Assembly: GCA_013265495.1 (NCBI GenBank)
Contig: MU058687.1
Span: 3,908,001-3,959,744 of the forward strand
DNA: 51,744 nucleotides
Direction: 5' to 3'
Source of the DNA: Vicugna vicugna
Taxonomy: Eukaryota
The translations under genes were made by a program, and so were the position numbers. The notes under the pieces are model-generated. The model saw only the letters and a list, made by a program, of their open reading frames with translations, had not been told where the DNA came from and searched no databases. Below, one piece after another: positions 11,658 to 23,930 of the stretch (the first letter of the stretch is position 1; each line of letters opens with the position of its first letter).

Positions 11658-11850
11658 TTCATTTAATATAATTTATTGAGCTGCTACCATGTGCTAGGAC
11701 CTATTTTAGGTGCAAAGGATATTAAGGTAAAACAAATGGACAAAGAAGCTTACATTTTAACAAAAGATATAGATGATGAATAAATAAATCTGCAGTACAG
11801 TGACATATAGTGATTAATGCCAGTAAGAAAAACAAAGCAGGGGAAGGGAA
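11658..11850 (-). mobile_element. LINE-2 3' fragment
   Basis: tcatttaatataatttattgagctgctaccatgtgctaggacctattttaggtgc...aaggtaaaacaaa, the antisense L2 3' end. Confidence 0.7.
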
Positions 11851-11900
11851 TAAATACTAAAATTAGAGTAAATATCCTTCCAAAGTAGAGGGCTTTGATG

Positions 11901-11980
11901 TAATAACAATAATAATAATAATAATAATTAATAATAATGATAAGTAGTAATAGTAGTAGTAGTAGTAGTAATAATAATAA
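11901..11980. repeat. Compound (TAA)n(TAG)n microsatellite
   Basis: Directly visible. Confidence 0.95.
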
Positions 11981-12029
11981 AATAGTTGTTGTCACTGTTA
12001 CAGTAATTATGATGCTAATTGTAACAAAT

Positions 12030-12420
12030 CTATTCAATTAATATTGCTTGAATACCTGCTATATGCCACATGTAGTGCTGAGCAATGAGATACAGTGGCA
12101 AGAAAAGGCAAATTTCCTGATTCCATGGTGCTTTTTCTTTTTAAGGCAGGAAAAAGACCATGTCCCATCAAACAAAGACAGACAAGAAATATATAAGATA
12201 GCAATACCCAGAGAAATAAGATAAGGAGCCCTGGCAGAGTGATTAGGAATGCCAGCTAGTTTAGTTGAGGGAATTCCTCTCCAAGGAGGTGATATTTAAA
12301 CTGGAATCTGAGTAACAAGGAGGAGCCAGCTGTGCAGCTAAAGCATTCCAGGTAAAGTTGGGGGGCACCGGGGCAAAGGCCTGGGCTCTGCCAGTCAGGG
12401 TATAGAAATAAGGACAGTGT
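12030..12420 (-). mobile_element. LINE-2 3' fragment
   Basis: attcaattaatattgcttgaatacctgctatatgccaca...aggaggtgatatttaaactggaatctgag...aaagcattccaggtaaag...gcaaaggcctgg. Confidence 0.7.
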
Positions 12421-13818
12421 AACTTTATAAACCTGAGCTGATTGGGAGACTGGTTAGAGTAATTAAAGAGAAAAGTAACCTTCTTTCATAAATATGACTT
12501 TAAGAGCCAATGTAACTCCTAGAAAACAATTTTTCTTTCCAGTTAAATATTCCCTAGTTCTTCCATCAAAGAAGGTAACAACATTTAAAATCAATTGATT
12601 CATAATATGAATTTCTTTCTGTAATTAGTTCTCTTTTTCTCCAGCACCCCCTGAGAAAATCCAAAATTCAGAGCAAGCATTATTATAATGAAATTTTATT
12701 AAATAGTAAAGTTAACAAAAATATTATACAGCAATATGCCAGTTATTAAGTGTGTTGATTCAGTGAGTAACTGGGAATTCTCGTTTAATATTAGTCTGCA
12801 GATCCATTTATCTCCTAAAACACCTTTGATACAGTGTTTCTTCTCTCAGCTGGCATTTGAGATTTTGGGGTGTAGTCTGTCCGTGGATAGCTTCCCAGCT
12901 ACCTGAACTTTGGAGCAGCCAGGGATGTGCTCTCAGCCCTTAGTTGTCTCTTCTTCCTCTTCCTGGCTGCGTGTCCCTGTCCAAATAGTAGGTTCGTGCA
13001 TCCTGGTCTGCTCTTCACCTAGGGTATGTGCATCACCTAAATCCTCTTTTGTGTCTCTAGGAAGGGAGGCAAGTCCTTTTATAGGTATTCACCATATTTT
13101 TCTTTTCTTTATTGCCTTTCTGTACTGTCTGGAGAATCACTCCTCATACCACTGGGCCCACGTGTCCCCAGTTAATCATACAAGAAATTTTGCTCACTCA
13201 TCCTCTACATTTCCCACATCTCTCAAGCACCATTCTATTTACGCTGGTTATAGACGTAAACGTGAAGATGGAGGGGATAGATTGTGTTTGCACAGAAATT
13301 TACTTACATGCTAAAAATGCAATGACAATCTTTAATGTAAGTTTACAGTACATTTGAGTGTAATGTATATTTATTCTTTGCAATATACTTAGTAACTTTC
13401 ACATCATGAATCACTAAGCCATATGCTTCTCCAAAGAAGGGAGCACGATTTCTCAAAAATACAGTATTGTTTTTAGAATGAAAATTTAATATGTTTCGTG
13501 ACCAATTCAAATCAGCTTTGAAATTCTACACTACCTCAGCCTTGACCAGCTTTAAAATGCAAATGCTACCCATAAGGAACAAATGTCTTTCCAATTATAA
13601 AACTTGAATTTCCAGATTTGTAATGGTTTCTATGATAAAATGTTTAAATATATCTGAGAAACAGTCCTTAAATTCTAATAATAATTAAACAGGACAAAAG
13701 CAGAGACTTGAAGGCAGTAACAAGTGCAAAGACTGAGTTACAAAAACTAAAATGTATTTAATTTTCTTAGAAGTTCCAAGGTGTTGCGTTAGAAGCATTA
13801 GGGTAGGAACACAGGCAT

Positions 13819-13879
13819 TTTCTCTCTGCCTCTGTCTCTTTCTCTCTCTGTCTCTTTCTCTCTTTCACACACACACACA
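13819..13879. repeat. Imperfect (CT)n followed by (CA)n
   Basis: Directly visible. Confidence 0.85.
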
Positions 13880-14059
13880 TAAGCCAACATGCTTTCTGAT
13901 CTTTGAGAATTAGGCTCAGCTTAGTTACTGAAATTAGAGATAGGATGTTGATCTAGATGTTGATCTAGTTTTGCTTTCTAACTTGGAGAATATATCTGAG
14001 AAGCCAGAATAATGGTTAAATATTTTTGATGTTTTATGAGCTCGGTGTAATGAGAGTCC

Positions 14060-14366
14060 AGTGTTTATTGAATTTCTGCTCTGTACTTTTTGTCCAGAAC
14101 TGTGCTTTGGATGTGAGGGATATAAAAGAGCTAGAAGGTGTGGTGTCTGCCCTTGGGAAGTTTACCAGTGAGTTGGAAAGAAAAAAATGACTTGCTATTA
14201 CACAACTTGAAAAGAGTACACACCATTATGCACACTTAAGTATCAGGTAGTGCAGTGCAGGAGTCAACAGAAAGGAGCAGTATTAATATTGTGAGGGGCT
14301 GACACGGAACGCTTCATGGAGGAGGAGGCATTTAACTGGACCTGGAGGGAAATACAGGATTTGGCA
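14060..14366 (-). mobile_element. LINE-2 3' fragment
   Basis: gtgtttattgaatttctgctctgt...ccagaactgtgctttggatgtgagggatataaaag...gtctgcccttgggaagtttaccag...cttcatggaggaggaggcatttaactggacct. Confidence 0.7.
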
Positions 14367-15080
14367 TCATTTTCTTTTTAGGATGTAAGGATAATAATCA
14401 TTTTTATTATAATAATGATTAACTGTCTGTCAGCTTACAGATTAAAGGATGGAAAAGCATGACAAACGCACAGGGTAACAATGTTTTAAAGGTCTTTTTT
14501 AAAGGAGTCAGAGGAAGAAAGATAAAGCCTTTCTAAGAGCCTAGGCTTGGGGAAAAATGTAGGAGGTGCAGAAGAGAATTAGTGGGTAATGCTTATCATT
14601 TTGTACAAAGTAACCTTGACACAAATGGGGCAATTTCAAGGAGGGTAAGTGACTCCCAGCCCACTCACCCAGGTTGATGGAGGAAATAATCATGGGGTTG
14701 GTGGCAGATTGGAAAAAGCGTGCCCAGGGAAGCTTTTCCCCTCCATTATGTGTGTCTCTCATCTAGAGGGAGGGAGCTCATAGCTGAAAGAACGTTTCAG
14801 AAACTCAGCCCTTTCTGCTTTCAAATCATCTTAGGTAAGTAACTCGATGTAACGATATATTAGATGTGCCTCTTTCCCCTCCTCTTCCAAGCTCCATGCA
14901 GCCATGTGAACATTGTTATACCACTGACATCCAAGAGGCCGAAGTGAACAAAACAGTTTAGAAAAGAAAGCCAAGATAATTGTGAATAACTTTTGATGAC
15001 AAAGCAATGTATTACAGTGGGTGAATAGGGATGTGACTGTCCCTATGCTTCGTGAGTGAGTAAGCAGTATTGCTCCAAGT

Positions 15081-15620
15081 CGGTGATTTTCAACCGTGGT
15101 TACCTACTGGGGTCACTTGTGGAGCTTTAAAAATTACTGATGCCCAGACCCTCGCTTTGCCCCAGAGGTAGGGTTGGTCTGAAAAGTGGTCTGGGCACTG
15201 GGTTTTCTAAAGTTCCTCAGGTCATTCTAAAGTTGACAACCACGATTCTAAGAGCTGATGTAAATGAATGGTACCTGAACAGTTGGTTAAACCACAGACT
15301 TCTGGATCCTTCCTACAGCGTTTCTGATTCATTCGATCTGGGATGGGACCCAAGCATTTGTAGTTCTCAGATGTCCTCAGGTGATGCTGGTGCTGCTAGT
15401 CTGGGGACCACACTTTGATAAACACTGATTTAAACTATTAAAGTCAAGCTGGTCCAGGTTTTACTAAGTATTTCCTGAAGTTTGGCCCTTGAACATGCTT
15501 GTAAAAATGCAGTTTCTGGGTACCTCCCTCAGTCCAATGACTGAGAATGCCTGAGAACCTGCAATTGTAAATGAGGTCTCCAGGTTATTATTTTGGATTC
15601 TAACCCTCATGAACTACTGT
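15081..15620. mobile_element. Cluster of three adjacent MER5-type hAT elements (~15081-15244, ~15265-15427, ~15453-15618)
   Basis: Three sets of MER5 motifs, e.g. ggagctttaaaaattactgatgcccag; caggtgatgctggtgctgctagtctggggaccacactttgataaacactg; tgcttgtaaaaatgcagtttctggg. Confidence 0.75.
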
Positions 15621-15901
15621 GTTGCTTAATAGTTTTATTTCTTTTGTATCTTGCTCCAAAAATTATTTAACTTCATAAGTTGAAGGTGTGACCCTATAAG
15701 GATGTTGGTAACTGTTTTATGCTTTTTTTATGGGGACAACTCTATAGACTGGACTGTATTAGGTACTCTGTTGTATTAATAGATCAAATCTGGGGGAAGA
15801 GGCTTTATTACAAGGAGTGTGGTACAGTAACAGACCCACCTGTTCATGTAATGGCAGCAATCTTACTTGTGTGTGAGATGTTTCAGAAGTAACTTGCTTG
15901 T

Positions 15902-16000
15902 ACTTTATCCATTCATCTATTAATGGGGACTTAGGTTGCTTCTGTCTCTTAGCTATTGTAAATAAAGTTGCAATGAAGATAGGGGTGCATATGTCTTTTC
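15902..16000 (-). mobile_element. Older L1 fragment that served as target for the next L1
   Basis: ctttatccattcatctattaatggggacttaggttgcttctgtctcttagctattgtaaataaagttgcaatgaagataggggtgcatatgtcttttc is antisense L1 ORF2 C-terminal region, paralogous to 16523-16620. Confidence 0.85.
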
Positions 16001-16652
16001 TTTTTTAGAATGGAAGTATAGTTGATTTACAATATTGTGTTAGTTTCTGGTGTACAGTAAAGTGATTCAGATATGTATGTATATTTATTTTTTTCTTTTT
16101 CATATCTTTTCCATTATGGTTTATAACAGGATATTGAATATAGTTCCCTGTGCTCTATAGTAAGATCTTGTTGTTTATCTATTTTATGTATAGTAGTTTG
16201 TATCTGCTAATCCCAAATGCCTAATTTATCCTTCCCTCACCCCTTTCCCCCTCTGGTAACCATAAGTTCATTTTCTATGTCTGTAAGTCTGTTTCTGTTT
16301 CATAAATAAATTCATTTGTATCATATTTTAGATTCCATATATAAGTGATATCATAAGGTATTTGGCTTTCTCTACTCAGAAACAGAAAGAATTTATCTCA
16401 CTGAGCATGATAATCTCTAGGTCCATCCACATTGCTGCAAATGGCGTTATTTCATTATTTTTTATGGCTGAGTAGTATATATATGTTTTTTTGTGTGTGT
16501 GTGTGTGTTTATACCACAACTTCTTTATCCAGTCATCTGTCAATGGACATTTAGGTTGCTTCTATGTCTTGGCTATTGTAAATAATGCTGCTATGAGCAC
16601 TAGGTTACATGTATCTTTTTGAATTATAGTTTTCTCTGGATATATGCCCACA
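16001..16652 (-). mobile_element. 5'-truncated LINE-1 (3'UTR plus ORF2 end)
   Basis: gaagtatagttgatttacaatattgtgttagtttctggtgtacag...ttagattccatatataagtgatatcata...ctggatatatgccca. TSD atgtcttttc (15991-16000) / atgtgttttc (16653-16662). Confidence 0.93.
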
Positions 16653-19199
16653 ATGTGTTTTCAGTTGCACAAATAAAAGGAGAAGTGTTATGCATTCTTT
16701 ACACCTTTCCTCTTTCACTCTGGGTTGCCTATAACCTGCAATAAGAGGTTTAGAGCTTAGTTAGTTAAAGCTGTTCTTTCTATTTTTCTATTTTTTGCTT
16801 TCTTTCTCGAGGCAAATACTGCAGTGGAACTGCCGAATCTGAACTAGGACAAAGGGCAGAGGGTGGATACAAACAGGTTCTGTATAAGCCTCTGTCGGCG
16901 AGTGGGCAGGAGAGATTCTCAAAGACCTAGATTTGTTATTTTGCTATTTTGTTGAAATGTATGCACACATGCACATACACACACTCTCCACAAAGGAGAG
17001 AGAGCAAAAGTGATATAGAGAGTGAACCAGAGATAAAGAAAGGGGTGAGGAAAACAGCTAGAGAAGGGCCAGTTCGAGGGAAAGAAAATAGAGCCACACA
17101 GAGAAAGCCACACAGAGTCACAGTCACACAAGGTGTCTGTCTTTAGCAAGAAGAGTACCGGAGACTTTCCCACGGAGGAAAACTGTAGAAACGTTCACGT
17201 TAGGTTGCTGCCACTGACAGAAAAGCGGTTTCTTCCTAGAGCCTGCAGAGACATCTGACATTTTGCTTATCCTGCCCCTGAACTCAAGACTCTTACTTTT
17301 CTATTACAACATTTTTTTAGGAAATATTTGTTTCTTGAGGTTCCCTTTGCTTTATAAGGCATCTCCTCCACCCTTTCCCCCCCCACAGCCTAAATCACTT
17401 GAGTAAGAGATATTATCTATGTAAACAAGATGATGAAGTGATTCCTTAAATCAAGGATTCAAGCAAAGGTTAAGCCCTATGAAACGGAGAAATCACATAT
17501 TGTAAAATCCCAATAAAAAGTTATGAGTTTTGACCAAAGAGCTCATTCCATCTCCCACAATTGCAAAACTTTTGATGTATTTATGTCAGTGGACGACTAT
17601 GTCTTTTCCCAAACTCCAAAGTTCAAATAGCTGATATAATCTTGCTAATTGGTATTGTTTCCATTTTATGGGTCAGGAAACCCTATTAAAGTTACTGTGT
17701 ATGCTGTGTAAGTTATTTATATACCTGCTTATCATTTTCTTGCTCTGTCTGATTGAGGTGGAGAGTGAACCTTGCTAATTCTTGGCTCTCCAGCATACTC
17801 AGGGCTTTTCCTATCTCATAACAGAGGCTTGATAAATATTGCCAAGCTAGATCATTTGTTTTGTTTGAGTTCACAAAAGGAGACGATGAAATAGCTGGGA
17901 CCAGACCTCCCCCTCCGACCCAAGCTTCCTGAATTGCGGTCAGGAACAGCTGTGCTGGGCACACTGTAAGCCCTCAGTGAGCACCTGTCAATGGACTGAC
18001 CGATGAACTGACTCAGGACCCTGTTATTTTCTTCAGTACTTGTCCCACATGCTTCAACAAGGGCTATAGCCCTTACTGATTTGATTAGTCATATTTTTAG
18101 ACTTGTTCTTTCTATTTTGACAAAAAAAGTAGATAACATGACCACAAACTAGTGACCTTCAGGATTTGTTTCTGAGGGTAACCTTGAGATAATTTGAGTG
18201 AAGTCTCTTAACTGTTAAAGAAGACAAGTGTTACAGTGACAGGCTCCATAATTAGCATGGCCCCTTCACTCCTTTGAATGTCATTTGTCATCTTTGCATT
18301 GGTTTTTAATCAATCTAGACTGTTATTCTGACTGAGATTTTACTTTATTCTCCTTTTCCTCTTTTAGGTCATTTTGCGTTTCTGTCCTTTTTTGATGTGT
18401 TCTGTTATTACCCATCTCCGCGCTTCAACCCCCAACCTCTTACACCTCTTCTCATTTCCCCATAAGTTTATTTTTTTTAAGTTCTTAATGTGCTGAGTTC
18501 TATTTTCCAATCCCTGTTACAAAGGGCATTTCCAGTGGTCTGCGTAAACGTAAGCTCACTAAAAGACAGTGAGCTAACAATCAATTAAAAGAAAAAAAAG
18601 TTCAGACTTTGGTTTAAGCAGAAGAATCTGAATGTAGGTCTAGAACCCCCTTCTATGTGATTCTGTCTGAATATTTAGCAGGAAAGTTACATTTACAGTT
18701 AGCTTGCGGCTCGACTTTTGGGAATGAATTGGTGACTCTCAAATTCCTTTAGTCTTCGTGTTTCTAGTAGTAGGTTCTGTGTCACAGTTGAGGTTTCCTT
18801 TCTGCCTTCAGTGTGGAGACTCAGCAGTTATGGAAAGGATGAGCAAGAGCTTTCTGCCCACAGCATGCTGTTGGTGAATCCAGGAAGGAGTCCAACATAT
18901 CAACTAGTAATAATCTCCGCTATTTAAACTGTGTTCTCTGTTTTCTATGAACTTGGCTCTCTATTATGTCTTTTAAAAATTCTACCAAAAGTATCTAAAT
19001 CACATAAAGAGGAATTCTGACCCATGCTATACAGACGAGAGGCAACCAAAGTTTTGCCCCCTTTCCAATGGGATAGAGAAATTAACAAAATTCAGGCAGA
19101 ATTAGAACTCGGAATGCTCAGTGTACTCTAGCCTTGAGAAATCCCACCCAGCTCAGAGAGGAGGGTGTGAAACTCACTGGCCAAACTCTAGGCAGACAG

Positions 19200-19300
19200 A
19201 ACTCTAGAGCTTTTAAAAGGGATGGAAGTTCAACTCATCTAACAATTTCACTTTATAAATGGGGAAACTAAGGCCCAGAGAAGTATGGCTTGCCAAGGAG
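19200..19300 (-). mobile_element. MIR fragment
   Basis: cactttataaatggggaaactaaggcccagagaag, antisense MIR core. Confidence 0.6.
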
Positions 19301-22300
19301 GATGTGAACAAAATTATGGCAGTTTTAGCTCCTGACTTAGCTAGACTTAACCAGACTTAGCTAGACTGCCAGGTGGATTTTCCACTCTGAGCTTCCTTTC
19401 AAAGAAAGGCCAAGTCATTCTTTAATATGACCCAAGGCAGGCTCTTTGACAACTACCCTCCCCTCCCACCTCCCCTGCCAAAGAAAACCATCATGAAGAT
19501 AGCACTCTGTCTGAATTCACTAGGCAGAATTATTAATACAGGTAGAATGCCAGGAATGCGGAGTGTTTATACAGCTGCTGAATAATACAGTAGTGCCACA
19601 GAGTTTAATAATACATAATCATAAATAATACAGTTGGGGAATTATGTAATTCAGTTATAGAGTAAATGACGGGGGAACACACATTCACAGAAGAGTATTT
19701 CTAATGGGGACACTGGAGTGATTCAGTTTAACTTGCCTCCTTAGCCCTTTGGCCTGCCCATTTGAGAGGTGGGCGAGGCATTTAGAGATGGGTCAAATTG
19801 AGACTTTTCATTGGTGTGGTGAAGTTGTGGGCTTCAGGGGCTGAGACAGAACGTACAAGTTGTATTCCTTGGAGCTGCTCCTTGGGACTCTTATCAGTTA
19901 ATTCTTTGAATGCATTTATTGCTTTCTCCGTGTCATGACTGGGTATCTTCCTTCAGTGAGTGAAAGGAGATGTGTCCAAGGTTGGTCATTCTCTCCCCTC
20001 ACCACTCTTTGTAAATCATGGCATGTAAAGGGATGCTAGCGGAATACTGAGCTTAAAGATGGCAAGAGGCTGGGAGTGGGGCTTTGGGTTGAGAGTGACA
20101 GGAGGTGAGAGGTGTAGTCACGGCCACGGTCCAGTGAGCTCTCCAGTGAGCTGGCTTATGCTTCTCTTTCCTCATCTGCACTAGAGAAAGCCAGCTGCCA
20201 ACCACTATTAAACCTGTATTCTCTCCCTAAGAGAATAGGATATTTCCCTCCTCACCCTTTTAAAATAAGATAAAAAGCAGGGGGTGGGGAATTAATTAAC
20301 GTCAGTAAATGAAGCATGGGGTGCTTGTCCGGGTATGATAATGACTGTGAATTAGTGCAGAAGAAATAGAATGGTATAGAAAATGAACTGTGCTGGCGCA
20401 CTGCTTTGGGACGGACTCAGCCACCCTTGTAATGCATTAACTCTTCCCTTGCCTCATCCTTTGTCCTGCCTCTCTGGGCCAGCCCTCCCCCACTGCAGAG
20501 TCTCAAGGCTATAGTATTATATCTTGAGGTTCCCAAGGGGAGCCCTGCCTCCAAGAGAGCCTAGGCCAGCTGGGGACTGTATACTTTTAGAATGTAAATA
20601 AAAGAACTTCAGGTTTACTTATTACATTAATGAAACCACAGCAAAAACAAGCAACTGTATGTGTCCCCTGGTTAGGGGAACTGTAAAATGATTCAAGAAG
20701 GCAGTAAGCCAGCGAGGAAAGAAAAGGGAGTAGTTCCTCAAAATAAGTTGCTTCTTCTCCCCCAAAGCCAAGGCTTACCTTTGGACTGTCAATGGCTAAT
20801 CTCCACCCCCATCTACTTTTCCATATGTGCCCCAGACTATATATATCATTTGAAATGTCTTCGGATAACTCAGCATACATCCATTGGCTGGGCATTCCTG
20901 TGTCCAAGGCACTGTGGAGTGGACCCAGCTGAATAATGCAAACTCTCTACTCCAGGAGTTTTCTCCTCCAGGGCATGGTGTAGTGCTTGGCACGTACTGA
21001 ACACTCAACTAATCATTGCTATTATCAGTACCATTTCATTGAATTTAATTCGTATTGAATTGCTCTTTGGGGACAGGAACTTTCAGAGGTTCAGAGAACC
21101 CTAGACCAACGACTTTGCTTTCTGTTTCTTGATTCCTTCGTTTCTTTTTTTCTTTCTCCTCTCTGCTTTAATGTTCTTGGCACACTGGTAAAATGAAGAA
21201 ATGAAAAAACTGAGTTATAATAACCTTTAAATGTTAACATTTAAGAAATTATTTGTTAACACAAAAATCCAGAACAGTGTAGTCACAAACTGTGAATCTC
21301 TAAATTTAGAGATGATATTAATTCACAGTATAATGTGGGCAGGTGGCCCAGGAATGGAACCCCAGTGTAGAATTGTTTGTTGACACTTTGCATCTTTTTG
21401 TATCTTTATAGTGGTGGCTCTATCTGCAAAATCATTTGGCAGTAATACCAAAAGGCTGCATTTTATCGTGCTTGGTATTTTCTTAAATATACTTCAGAAC
21501 AACAAAAAGAGAGAGTTAGATGAAACCACATTGATAATAATTGTTGAATTGGGCAGTAGACTGGTAGTGATTCTTACTAGTTTTGTGAATGTTTGAACAT
21601 CGCCACAATAAAGCCAATTTTAAAAGCTGAAATGTGGAGGGGTTCCTTTGGAAATGCAAGGCTGGGCGAATGTCCTCTCTGGGTCTCCCTTATCCTTGTT
21701 CCTTCAAGTCCAAGTTGGTGAGTATGAGTGCTGTGCATTCCTGAGATGGCTCAACACACTTCTTAAGGGCATTGTGTTAACATGAGTCTGTGAGCCATTT
21801 CTTAGGGGACAGCTTGTAGCCTCAGCAGGTGTAAATTCTGCCCCATTGTCTCTGCCTTTGCCTTTTCTTTAACCTGTTGATGTAGGGGGCAAGTGTACAG
21901 ATACTACGACCTAGGGACAAGAGCTCTCTTTGAGCAAAGCAGAGTCCTTCTATGTGAATAGATTTGTTAAGCCACTTGATGGCCTCCCTCTGGCCTCCTG
22001 GCAGGATGGAAGAGCTGCCTATGGGAGTCGGGGCTTGTCTGGGGAGAGAATGGGCTTTAGGGAAAAGGAGAAAATAGATCACAAGTGAGATCCCCATGTC
22101 TGAATTTTTCCTTTTCCTCCCCAGATTAGTAGAGATAGTTGCACCACACAACTTCTACGTGCATTTATGTCTGTGAGCTTTTGTGGGCTTGTCTGTTGGA
22201 GGGTGATGTCAGCGGGTGTAATCTCCTGCATTAATGATTTATCTGGGCAGAAGAAGGCTCATAAAAGTGGGTGGGACTTTGGTTATCATAAAGAGATGAG

Positions 22301-23039
22301 CTATTCATGGGCCATTCAGTTTCTGTTTCATTTCTTACCCACCAAACAGAAGGACTTCTGTATGTAGACCTCAAGACAACATAGTAAAAGTGCTTTCAAA
22401 GGAATTTATAATTTGGCTGGGACCCACAAGCACCTATAGGCTGACTGGTTTCTACAGGTACCTAAGAGCAAACCGAGGTCTATGGGTCCCCGTAGGTTAT
22501 GCTTTAATAACCTTCCTTTTGTAGTCACTTCCATGGTCTGGCTGACCTTCTGACTGTATCCAGTGTTGTTGCCTGGCTTTACATCAATGATGCAAATTTG
22601 TTTTTCTTATTAAAGTTTTAGAATTTCTACTATTTTGTTTCTCAAATGAATTCTTTTTTTTTATCAGGAGAAATTGGGTTAATAGGAACCAAGAATCTCA
22701 TTGGACCATCAGGAGGAATCTGATGCTTTTCAGAGCATAATACACAAGTGTCATTGTGTCACGCCAGCACTTGGGCAGGCCAGGGCAGGCTTCTTGGGCA
22801 TTTGACACTGGCCACCTTGGGGTTATGTCTTCATCTCTGGGCCATGCTAGTGGAAGAAAGATGCCAAAGGGCTGCTACTCGTGGATTTTTTTGCCCTTTT
22901 TGCTTTACAGAAGAATTCTCCCTAAGCTTAAAGATCAACAGCTTGATAGGCTGGAGGTGCTTTTTGTCCAGATTCCCAAAATGCGAGAGAATACGAATAC
23001 CTGTGTTTACACTACAAATACCCTATTTACTTCAGAGGG

Positions 23040-23447
23040 TGTATCAGTTTGCTGGGGCTGCCATAACATAATACCCCAGACTGGGTGGCTTAAACAACAG
23101 GAATTCATTTTCTTACCTTTCTTGTGGCTGGAAATCCAAGATCAAGGTGTCAACCAGTTTGGTTTCTTTGGAGGCCTCTGTTCTTGTCTCACAGATGGCC
23201 ACCTCCTTGCTACGTCCTCAGATGGCCTTTCCTCTGTGCAAAGCCCGATTGTGTCTTTGTGCATCCAAATTTCTTCTTATTGTAAGGACACCAGTCACAT
23301 TGGATTGGAGCCTACCCTAATGGCCTCATTTTAACTTAATCACCTCTTCAAGGACTCTTTCTTCAAATAAAGTCACATTCTGAGCCACTGGGTGGTTTAG
23401 GGCTTCAACCTACAGATTTTGGGAAGGACACGGTTCATAGGGTGACA
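23040..23447 (-). mobile_element. ERVL-MaLR solo LTR (MLT1A/MLT1B-like)
   Basis: tgtatcagtttgctggggctgccataaca...ctgggtggcttaaacaacaggaattcatt...aaggacaccagtcacattggattggagcctaccctaatggcctcattttaacttaatcacctc...gggaaggacacggttca. Confidence 0.92.
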
Positions 23448-23739
23448 CAGAGTGAGACGTATCCTTAAATGAAAAGCAGCGATTGGTCCTTGTGATCTAA
23501 AACTCTGCCATGCATTCTAGACATGCCTCCAGAAGCTTACATACATATGGGTGCCTTTGTGACATCTGAGATGTGGGAAATTAATTTAGAAAGCAGCTTT
23601 TATAATAGCAGTAATAAAGGTGAGCCAAAAGAATCGTGGCTCGGTAAACTTTTATCTTGTTTTGGTGTTGCAGAGGGCAGCACCATTAGCGCTGCCAGCA
23701 AGTTGTGGAGGGAGAGGGGAGTTGGGAGTAGGATGGGGA

Positions 23740-23930
23740 AGAGTCAAAAGTTGAAGGAAAACTCATGTCAGTGGGAGGAAAGGAGGGGAAACAAAGAGAA
23801 GACAAGAGAAGAAAGATGAGGGAGTGGGACAGTAAGAGAAAGAGAGAAGAAGAAGGAGGAGAAGTATGAGGAGAGGGGGTCAGGAGGGAAGAAATTGTGA
23901 TCAAGGGAGAAACAGAGAAGAGGGAGAAAT
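23740..23930 (+). repeat. Purine-rich (GA-rich) low-complexity tract
   Basis: Directly visible (gaaaggaggggaaacaaagagaagacaagagaagaaag...). Confidence 0.8.

Noticed and set aside
18340..18555. Strong acceptor at 18367 with downstream donor aac|gtaagc
   Set aside because: The enclosed 182 nt are T/C-rich and intron-like; probably a pseudo-exon.
22756..23334. 192-aa ORF on the + strand
   Set aside because: It has a non-ATG start, its second half is antisense MLT1 LTR, and it has no recognisable domain.
23677..23696. REST/RE1-like or CTCF-like site ggcagcaccattagcgctgc
   Set aside because: The RE1 right half GGACAG is missing and the CTCF 5' CC core is absent.
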